From contig OZ024741.1 in NCBI GenBank assembly GCA_964016885.1, forward strand, positions 239,568,001-239,632,000: a DNA stretch of 64,000 nucleotides, given 5' to 3'. This DNA is from Eledone cirrhosa (taxonomy: Eukaryota). The position numbers and the translations under genes are program-made. This document shows, in pieces, positions 53,666-64,000 of the stretch. Position 1 is the first letter of the stretch. Each line of letters begins with the position of its first letter. The notes below the pieces were generated by a model. It was not told the DNA's origin. It made no database searches and saw only the letters and a list, made by a program, of their open reading frames with translations.

Positions 53666-54043
53666 CTACTGTTAAAATACTGGACCATTATCTACTAAAA
53701 CATCAATTGTATAAAACTTTCTGTATGACCACTTTCAATCATACCACAGAAAATGTATCCAGTACAGGTTCCAAATCATTATTTGCTATCATACTCCAAG
53801 GTATTTGTTTTTTAGGTCTACCTTTATTGGTGTTACATTCATATTGTGTGAGTTTAGGGTACACACTTGTAGTTATTCCAGGCCAATAATTTGGAAGGTT
53901 TCTTTATAGAAAGACAATTTACAAAACTATATGAATTCCACAATGTTAGCTAAGATCATACTGACATATAATATGACAGCTTGGCAAAAAACAATGTGAT
54001 TCAATACAGCCTTGAATTTCCTGGTATTTGGCTTTTTAGATAA

Positions 54044-54900
54044 ATGAGGGTCAGCTGAAAGGTTCATTGGCTGACTAAGATACTCTCATGGAGTGTGACC
54101 AAATGAGTTTTATTTTTCAACATTAACAGCAGATATGACATTATCACTGCGAAACTGGTTCTCAGCCAAGTGTTTTTCGTGTCAGGGAACAGATGATAAT
54201 CAGATGGGCAAAATGAGAAGAATAAGGAGGGTGATCAATTAGTTCAAAGCCAGTCATGCACAGCAGCCATTGAAACCAAGGACTTGTGTTGGAGCATTGT
54301 CCTAATAAAGCAAGACTCCTTTCATCAGATTTCCTGGGCATATGGTCTTGATAGACTTTCATAACTGCCTTAGCGAGATGGCATAATACTCTCCATTGAT
54401 GGTGTGGCTCTTTTGAAGATGGCCAATAAACATGGATTGCCAATAAACATGAATAGCCAATAAACATGGATTGTCTCTTTGTCTGACTCAAAGTGAAGAA
54501 CCCAACACTCATCCTGGGTTAGGAAACATTCAAAGAAACCAGCTGGATCTGTCTCAAATAATGTCAGATTTCCCTGTGATGTGATCAGCTTGGCGTGCTT
54601 TTGATCAGGTGTCAGAAAACATGGCACTCATCAAGCAGAATCCTTCGTCATACCAAGTTCTTTGTGTAGAATACTCTCAACTCTCACACGGGACACACTA
54701 ATAGCATTGGGTATTTGATTAATAGTCAACTGCTCTCATCCATCACCATGCAGTAAACACGATCAATGTTTTCCTCAGTTGCAGGACTTCTAGAACTCGA
54801 GTCATTTTGAAAGCTCTCCCTTCCCCACCTAAATTCAGTCGCCCACTTTTACACTGTTGATAAAGCTGGAGCATTATCCCTAATGTAGCAACCATTAATT
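54044..54900 (-). mobile_element. Decayed Tc1/mariner (mariner-type) DNA transposon in intron 2 of gene G
   Basis: Transposase remnants APALSTV.KWATEF, TEENIDRV, FLTPDQK, FLTQDECWVLHF, DHPPYS; mariner-like TIR start GAGGGTCAGCTGAAA at ~54046. Confidence 0.88.
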
Positions 54901-55142
54901 TTAACATGTAAACAAGTGTAAATTTTGATTTATCTTAGATTTCCAAAAACAGACAATATATTTTTATCTCCAGATCATAATGCTTTGTGTTTGAAGACAT
55001 TTAAATATTAAATCGAATTTATTATTAATAGTAATTTAAATCAGTAATTTAAACATTAATTTGGTGATCAAACACATTCAGTTTTATCATGCTTAATTAA
55101 ACATTATTTACTAACAGATAGAAAATATACAATAGAATTTAC

Positions 55143-57497
55143 CTTTGTGGATTTCTGAAGAGATCGGTTCATTGTTGGTGTCTTCCAGTCTTCAGCATAG
55201 TAATGACTTCTAGACTGACTATATCTGTCTGATATCTCTCCTCGATTACCTGACATCACAGATACACTGTTGTTACCTTGATAGATCAACTGTCTCATCT
55301 CATTACGACATTGGTATGCCTGTTTCTCTTCTGTTGTTCTAGCTGAGTTATTTCTTACATTGTTACATCTCACAATACACAATGTTATAGAAACCACAAT
55401 AGCTATAGATATTATCACAGCTGCTACTACAATGATAATCAACAATGTTGCATCTATTGTGTTATCAGTTGGTACATGGACAGCTGTGAACATTGGTGAT
55501 GTCTTGTTACTAACAGTCAGTGTTAAAGAGACACTAGTTGTTGCTGACAGAACTGGAGTACCACTGTCTTTCACAACAAACTCCAGTTGATATGATCCAG
55601 CATCATTTTGGTAAACTGTGCGAGAGTAAGATAAGACACCAGTGAATGAGTCCAGTTTAAATAACTGTCTCTCATTACCTGAGAGGATTTCATACCTCAG
55701 AAAAGCATTCATGTGACTGTCTAGATCAGAGGCTTTCAGAAGTGTTATGTCATTCTTACTTTGTGGATGATAGTGGACATCAAGAGTGAAAGGGTCAACA
55801 CTAGGAAATGTAAAATATGGAGCATTATCATTTTTATCTAATACTTCCACTTCAACATTCACTGTGTTATTTAGAGATGGTGTTCCATTGTCTTTGACAA
55901 AAACCTCAAAGTCATAGAAATCTCTGTGTTCTCTGTCTAAAGATTGGTTTGTTGAAATAAAGCCAGAGTTGATAATCTGGAATGGTAGACGATATTGGTG
56001 TTTATTTCTCAGATGATAACTTAATTCACCTCCCTTACCAACATCTGGGTCTGTAGCATTGATAAAACCAATAGGGAAATTAGCTTTGTCATTCTCATAG
56101 GTAAGGAACTTGAATGTATCTTTGGTAAAGTGTGGTTTTACATCATTCACATCTAAGACTTGTATTGAGAGATCTTTATCAGTTTTGAGAGGAGGTAATC
56201 CTTTATCTTGACAAGAGACAGTAAAGTGATAATGTTCCTGTGTCTCTCTGTCTACTGCTTTCTTTAGAACTATTTTATATTCCTTAGATCCCATTGACTG
56301 TAGTTTGAATGTATCATGTTTGATATTACAGCTGACCTCTCCATTGTGTCCAACATCATTGTCAGTGACCATCACATAAGCAATGAAACTACCAACTTTG
56401 ATATCTTCCAGAATGGTAGCTGTGTTGTGATTCTGTGTAGAAATATAGTTGACATCAATATTTGGAGGATTGTTTTGTTGGTTGATAACATTAACCATAA
56501 CTGTTGCTATGGCACTGAGAGGAGGAATTCCATTATCTTTAGCTTCAATATACAATTTAAAAAACTCTTCCATATCAATTTCTGAAGATTTAGCTAAATA
56601 CAACTTTCCAGTGTTTTCATCTAAATTGAAGTGTTTCTTCAGCTTTTCAACAGTTTTTCTAGCAAAATAGAAAGATATTTTACCATTCCTGCCAATATCT
56701 AAATCATTGGCAGATAATGTCACTACTGGAATATTCTTTTTATGTTTATGTTCAATAGAGACATTGTAGATACTTTGAGAGAATTGCGGTCTGTTATCAT
56801 TTTCATCTTCTACAGATATTTTAACATTTAAAATACTTTGTTTTGGTGGAGTTCCTCCATCTTTAGCGATGACTTCAATATTGTAGCTGTCTTTCTTTTC
56901 CCTGTCTAATTTACCATCTAAGATTATTTCTAATGTTGATATTCCATCAGTTTGTTTGGAAACTGATAAAGAAAAATATTCATTATGCTTGTTTAATGCA
57001 TATGTAATTAAGCTGTTCTCATATCCAACATCTTTGTCAATAGCACTGGGAATGGGTCTCTTCAAACCTTTCCCATCTCCATCCCTGAAATATAGAGTGA
57101 TGTCTTTCTGAAGAAACTCAGGTTGGTGGTCATTGATGTCTTCTATTATGACTTTAATTTTTAATATCTTCATAAATGTCTTGAATTTGTGAACAGCAAC
57201 TTTAACTATTTCAAAACATTCTTTCTCATAACTACACACAGACTCAGCATCCAATGTCTGAACAGTGTACAGTTTACCTGTTTTCGTCACATTGAACAAT
57301 TGTTCTCCCTTTTGTTGTAGTTGACTAAATGTAATTAAATCCTTATTCTTTAAGAAGGAGCTATCTGATGTCTGTAAGTCAGTAGCAATGTCCCCTATAT
57401 ATGTATAGGGATTACTCTCTTCTTTAACATGGTATATAATATGTTCACTCAGATAACAGTGGAAGAAAGTCAGTAAAATACACAGAAATAATAACAT
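55143..57497 (-). CDS. Pcdh: Protocadherin gene G, large coding exon
   Basis: 797-aa ORF; donor at 55143; acceptor TTGCAG| at 57554. Confidence 0.96.
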
Positions 57498-58389
57498 CTC
57501 TGCTCTTGATGTTAATACAATATCCAGGAGAAATTACAGCTTCAAATATTCAATCTGCAACAGAAACAATTTCAATATATTAACGGTGTCTCATATTAAG
57601 TCTTGCTTTTTTTCATGAACTACTTATTGATTAAACTTAACATCTTGTACTTCAGAAATATCAGCTGTATCCTTAATATATTCCGGAAAGACAGAGTGAC
57701 AATTGCAGTGATTCTCTCCTGCACTGAACAGTATGTACATCTTTCTCAAGCAGTGATGGTTGTGCTGTCTGGGCCACATCCAAAACATGATGAGCTTGTA
57801 TCTGAGAGAAGGCTCATTGACCAGTCCAACCTATTTTATAATGTCTGCATGAGAAACATATAGACACTCAATATTTTGGGAGAGAATTTCAGATGACCAG
57901 AACCTTGAAAGAGGTAACTGAAAATAGCTATCGGACGATGCCGAAGAAAGTAGCACAGCAGTAACAACAGATGAATTAACACACATAGATATGATCTATG
58001 CATCGAAAACTGTCACTGCTGCATTAGATTTTTCGGCTACAACCAGCACTGCTTTTAAAGAAAAAAGTTTTTTTTATTAAATCTATATAAATGACGTCTT
58101 TTTATTTTTTTTTTTTTATAAAGAATATTTTAAGTAAGATGATATCTAAGTAATACTAGATTCAACTAACATATATTACTTCTATTTTATATGATATTAA
58201 AATATAAGTTCCATCTAATTGGTAACATATTTTAATGGGAAATATTAAATTGGGAAAGTATTAAAATACATTGCATTGGATGACGTTTTGAGTTATCTCT
58301 CTTGAACACGAAATAATTTCAAATATTACACAATTTTCAACAAAACAAACATCTTATAAAGGTAATCACAACAAAGATGTTAACGAATA

Positions 58390-58950
58390 ACAATAATTGT
58401 TTCTACGTTAGGCACAAAGCCAGCAATTTTCCCAGTGTATTATTGGTACTTTATTTTATCGACCCCGTAAGGATGAAAGGCAAAGTTAATCTCGGTGGGA
58501 TTTGAACTCAGAATGGAAAGGGCCGTAACTCTATGGGTCAAAGCACGGCGTCTGACCCTCTGCCGATACTGCCAATCCACTGAATAATAATTGTTTCTAC
58601 TTTAGGCACAAGGCCAGCAATTACCCGGTGCATTACTGGTACTTTATTTTATCGACCCCGTAAGGATGAAAGGCAAAGTCAACCTCAGCGGGATTTGAAC
58701 TCAGATCGTAAAGGGACGTAACTATGCTGGAAAGCATGGCGTCCGACCCTCTACCGATACTGCTGAAAAATAATTGTTTCTACTTTAGGCACAAGGCCAG
58801 CAATTACCCAGTACATTACTGGTACTTTATTTTATCGACCCCATAAGGATAAAAGGCAAAGTTAACCTCGACGGGATTTGAACTCAGACCGTAAAGGGAC
58901 GTAACTATGCTAGAAAGCATGGCGTCCAACTCTCCACCGATACTACCAAT
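58390..58950 (-). mobile_element. Three head-to-tail Nin/Deu-domain SINEs
   Basis: Three ~185-bp copies, each beginning AATAATTGTTTCTAC on the plus strand. Confidence 0.88.
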
Positions 58951-60375
58951 TCGTGATGTTAGTCACCAATCTATATTAAACAGTATTTACAAGATATTTA
59001 TTTACTAACTGATATTGATATATTCAGAGCCCGCTCAGGTAGATTGACCTTCGATGATGATGATGATGATTGTTAACATATTTCATTATAATCTGTCATT
59101 CAAGTAAAGTTATAATATTAACATCTTGGATGTCACCTTAAAAGCAGTAAATTATTTAGACTGCATTACCTACATGATTCTTTTATTTGTTATAGAAGCA
59201 GCTTGAAGCTTTTTTTCGTTTTGTTTATTTCCATAAGGTATAATTAGAATATGAAATAAGAGATCATCCTTTTTTTATTATAGGACTTCATTGTAATAAA
59301 TTGTGACAGTATTAATCTGAATATATTAAATTTAACACTTTAACACATTTTCATTTAACTGTTTTCTACAGTTGAGAAATAAATAAAATCAAGTTAAAAG
59401 AAAATCTGAATCAAATACTTCATGAATTTCTTTGTCTAGTTACTTTTGAAATATCCAGGTGAATATTTCTGACATAAGATTTGCTCCACTGTGATTTAAA
59501 ACTATGTAATCTACTCTCCAGCAGACATTTTTCAAAAGTATTTCAGCCACAACTATCCATAAGCAGCTAGTTGCTTCATGTTACAAAACAAAATATGTGA
59601 CAGATTGAATATTTCTGTATTAATAGCTAGCAAGCCACAATTAGTACATAAATATTGTTCATACAGATCATGGCTACAGATTCCTTATATCTCATCTTCC
59701 TAAATGTTACAAAAATTTATAATAGGGAATTATAGAAATATCATGGATATATTAGGCCTGTTATCAAAAATATATTAATGATTGTATATTTAAAACACTA
59801 AAGATATGTCATATTTGTAAATATAATTTCAAATTTTCAATTCAAAGAAATCAAATTAAAATATATTTTCTATAGGCATCAATAAACATATACACACACT
59901 GTGTATATAACTGTGTGTGTATTCCCATATAGAAATATGCATATAATGTTATAAAAAATTATTTGATTGTTTGATATTATTTATATAAATCCTATACTAC
60001 TGTATAGATATCAAATATATTCTACTTCAATAGTTAGTATTTACTAAGAGCATATAATGTTTGACTGAATAATTCAGTAAAAATATATAATGATGAATTA
60101 TGTTAAAGTTTAATAAACAAGATAAATATAGTAAATATGACTGCAAATATTTTGAGAAATATATTATATAACTACAATTGAACATACATTCCTCTCCCTC
60201 ACTGTTTCTTATAAAATACTTGATAGCCATGTTGGTAAAGAAGACATTCAATGAGAACTAACACAGATTCAATATGGCCACCATTACAATATTATATTTT
60301 CATGTTATAATACAGCTATATTTGAGGTTATTATTTTACATGACTGGATAAATAATATAGAATAATAAAACTTAC

Positions 60376-60860
60376 ATTCATTGTGTAAAATCCTTTGTTA
60401 TAAATTGTGAGTTGGTCCCAATGTTCTGTTGTAAATGGTTGTCTGTGTCACTGCTGCTATGGTGTGACAATGGCTTCATGTTGATGGAATAGTGTTGGTA
60501 GTGAGACAGAGGGAACCAGCAGTTCCTCTCAGTCTTCAATGTGTATGTGTGATGTTTACTGAATGTGAGGGGTGGGGGAGGGTGATGCTTACTCCAGCTT
60601 CACTCAGACTAGATGTGTTTCCCCTCACAGAGAAGAGGGAGAGAGAAAGAAGACACAATATCTGCTCTACTAACAGTCAGCCATAATATGTCTATATAAT
60701 ACCAACATGTCTGATGTAGAGAGACTGACACAGAAATACTTAGAAGAGAGAGATTAATATTTACAAAATATGGCTGATGTTAAAGTGTGTGTAATTTAAA
60801 ATGTATTTAAAATATTGACAATAATAGTTAGTGTGTATTTGACCTAATTACAAACTAAAT
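60376..60860 (-). promoter_or_regulatory. Promoter and non-coding first exon (~60376-60671) of gene G
   Basis: Same cassette with |GTAAGT donor. Confidence 0.7.
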
Positions 60861-61120
60861 CGCCCATTCAGAATATATTTGGAACAGTTTAAACCTGATA
60901 TGCAATCTATGTAAAATATATTAACATTTACAATAATGTATTTACTATTTATTTAGATATATATCTAAATTCAATTTCCCAGTAAGTTCTCTATTATTAC
61001 TATAGAAATTTCACTTACATTTCCCGCGTTAATATTGACTAACTAATATACTTCTGTAGTTTTAATTATTATGTGAATGTTGAAGGTGAGATTTCTGTTG
61101 TGTTAACTTCTCAGTCTGAC

Positions 61121-61239
61121 TTAACTGGCAACAACATCTGGTGTTGAAGGTAACTGTCTCTCTGGAGGTTTCACATATCTGTCTTGGTAATGGTCTCTCT
61201 CATTGTTGCTTGACACATCAGGTGGGACACCATAGATTC
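61121..61239 (-). CDS. Pcdh: Gene H terminal coding exon
   Basis: TTTCAG| acceptor, 119 nt to TAA. Confidence 0.88.
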
Positions 61240-61609
61240 CTGAAACAAGTACATCAACACAACATATTTAGTTCACATAGACAGAAAATAGGTATTTACT
61301 GACATTAGTCATCAATATTTTGTCAATTACATCCAATTAACTAAGATAGAAAATGACAATCATAATAGAATTAATATATCTTTACAATCTTAATAAACAA
61401 CTGATAAGTTAAATAAAACAATATACTTGGTAATTTAAATAATTTAGATATTTTAGATCAATATTAAATTCTTTGTACTTACAGTGTTTGAATTGCCAAA
61501 ATGGGTAAAACTAATATATTTCAGAAGTCATTAAAACACTTTGTTTAGGACTTACTCTGATATGTAACAAAGAGAAAGATGACAAAAATTAATGAAGATA
61601 TTGTTTTAC

Positions 61610-61760
61610 CTGACATTGCTGGTATTTCTTCATACTGTCTACTTGACCTTTCACTCCAGCACTGGCCACTGCTCTTATGACTGGTCAATGTATCAGTGGG
61701 ATAGTTAGAAGATGGTCTGTTGTCCCCATAAGATGTCACCTCTATAGGTTGGCTATATTT
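61610..61760 (-). CDS. Pcdh: Gene H cytoplasmic exon (151 nt)
   Basis: CAGCAG| acceptor, |GTAAAA donor. Confidence 0.9.
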
Positions 61761-62422
61761 CTGCTGTAAAATATAGTTACAATATAGTATAAAGATTTTC
61801 TGAATGTGGACTTCAAATACATTCGATTTCTAGCTAATAATGGGTACTGTTGGAATATTTGACTATTATCAACAAAAGCATCAATTGTATAGATCCTTCC
61901 TACCAAACCACTTTCAATCATACCAGAAAGAATGTATAAGACATTGTAAGAATTCATTGAATAGCTTACTCTGAAGAAGAAATGTATACATGATTTTTCG
62001 AGACATGTCTTTACTGGTGATAGTATAAGTATATATTAAGGTGGAAGGATTAGTCTTAATAGGCAGGAATGTTGACAAGTTGGACTACAGGTGTACAACT
62101 TACAAGAGACGTCTGAAATTACACAACGTTAGGTTCTTCCAAAACTATTCCTAAGATATTATTCACTAATGGTAAATTAGTCTGGCTAAAAATTCAATAT
62201 GATGTACTGCAATATATGTATGCATTTTTTATTGTTTCATTTAGCTTTCTTGATACATATACCAATATGCAAACAGCAGTAAATTGTACATTTATCACAA
62301 ATTTGATTTTAAAAAAGAATACATTTTTCATCGTGATATCATATTTTGGGGGGAAACAAACATTCTATACAAAAAACAATGGGAAATTATACAGTAAACT
62401 GAGAAAGTATAAAATAGTTTAC

Positions 62423-64000
62423 CTTTGTGGATTTCTGAAGAGATCTGTTCATTGTTGATGTCTTCCACTCTTCAGGATAGTAATGACTTCTAGACTGACT
62501 ATATCTGTCTGATATCTCTCCTCGATTACCTGACATCACAGATACACTGTTGTTACCTTGATAGATCAACTGTCTCATCTCATTACGACATTGGTATGCC
62601 TGTTTCTCTTCTGTTGTTCTAGCTGAGTTATTTCTTACATTGTTACATCTCACAATACACAATGTTATAGAAACCACAATAGCTATAGATACTATCACAG
62701 CTGCTACTACAATGATAATCAACAATGTTGCATCTATTGTGTTATCAGTTGGTACATGGACAGCTGTGAACATTGGTGATGTCTTGTTACTAACAGTCAG
62801 TGTTAAAGAGACACTAGTTGCTGCTGACAGAACTGGAGTACCACTGTCTTTCACAACAAACTCCAGTTGATATGATCCTGCATCATTTTGGTAAACTGTG
62901 CGAGAGTAAGATAAGACACCAGTGAATGAGTCCAGTTTAAATAACTGTCTCTCATTACCTGAAAGGATTTCATACCTGAGAAAAGCATTCATGTGACTGT
63001 CTATATCAGAGGCTTTCAGAAGTGTTATGTCATTCTTACTTTGTGGATGATAGTGGACATCAAGAGTGAAAGGGTCAACACTAGGAAATGTAAAATATGG
63101 AACATTATCATTTTTATCTAATACTTCCACTTCAACATTCACTGTGTTATTTAGAGATGGTGTTCCATTGTCTTTGACAAAAACCTCAAAGTCATAGAAA
63201 TCTCTGTGTTCTCTGTCTAAAGACTGGTTTGTTGAAATAAAGCCAGAGTTGATAATCTGGAATGGTAGACGATATTGGTGTTTATTTCTCAGATAATAAC
63301 TTAATTCACCTCCCTTACCAACATCTGGGTCTGTAGCATTGATAAAACCAATAGGGAAATTAGCTTTGTCATTTTCATAGGTAAGGAACTTGAATGTATC
63401 TTTGGTAAAGTGTGGTTTTACATCATTCACATCTAACACTTGTATTGAGAGATCTTTATCAGTTTTGAGAGAAGGTAATCCTTTATCTTGACAAGAGACA
63501 GTAAAGTGATAATGTTCCTGTGTCTCTCTGTCTACTGCTTTCTTTAGAACTATTTTATATTCCTTAGATCCCATTGATTGGAGTTTGAATGTATCATGTT
63601 TGATATTACAGCTGACCTCTCCATTGTGTCCAACATCATTGTCAGTGACCATCACATAAGCAATGAAACTACCAACTTTGATATCTTCCAGAATGGTAGC
63701 TGTGTTGTGAATCTCTGTAGAAATATAGTTGACATCAATATTTGGAGGATTGTTGTGTTGGTTGATAACCTTAACCATAACAGTTGCTATGGAACTGAGA
63801 GGAGGGCTCCCTCCATCTTTTGCTTCAATGTATAATTTTAACGTGCTTTTAGTGTCAATTTCTAATGGTTTTATTAAGAATATTTTTCCAGTATTTTCAT
63901 CAACACTAAAGTATCCTTTCATCTTCTCTTCAGTTTTTGGACTAAAATAAAAAGATGTTTTACCATTCCTACCAATATCTAAATCATTGGCAGATAACGT
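62423..64000 (-). CDS. Pcdh: Protocadherin gene H, large coding exon (5' part outside window; visible from mid-EC3)
   Basis: Frame is open to the window edge (TLSANDLDIGRNGKTSFYFSPKTEEKM...); donor at 62423. Confidence 0.94.

Noticed and set aside
58390-58950. Regularly spaced repeats resembling a CRISPR array or satellite
   Set aside because: Eukaryotic context; the units are whole SINE copies with no unique spacers.

Overview
AT-rich animal genomic DNA, most likely a coleoid cephalopod such as an octopus (inferred from the protocadherin type and the SINE/RTE content). It holds a head-to-tail tandem array of protocadherin genes on the minus strand with a repeat period of about 7-11 kb. Seven genes are complete (A-G, named left to right), one is cut by the right edge (H), and the promoter and first exon of a ninth gene lie at the left edge. 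Reading splice sites by hand gives each unit four exons: (1) a conserved ~300-nt non-coding first exon behind a TATA/Inr-like promoter; (2) one ~2.4-kb exon encoding the signal peptide, EC1-EC6, the TM helix and the proximal tail; (3) a 151-nt and (4) a 119-nt coding cytoplasmic exon. Proteins are about 870-885 aa. The main signal is that paralogues are almost identical everywhere except EC2-EC3, where diversity is arranged as shared, reshuffled sub-domain blocks. Every gene carries its own near-identical 'constant' tail with YEEI, YxxP and RxLPxxP motifs, plus its own promoter cassette with YY1-like motifs and a conserved uORF. This looks like an independently evolved counterpart of the vertebrate clustered-protocadherin identity code. 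The cephalopod Pcdh expansion itself is known; the mechanistic reading here is inference. Introns carry RTE LINEs, tRNA-derived SINEs, a mariner remnant, a putative Helitron and long palindromes.
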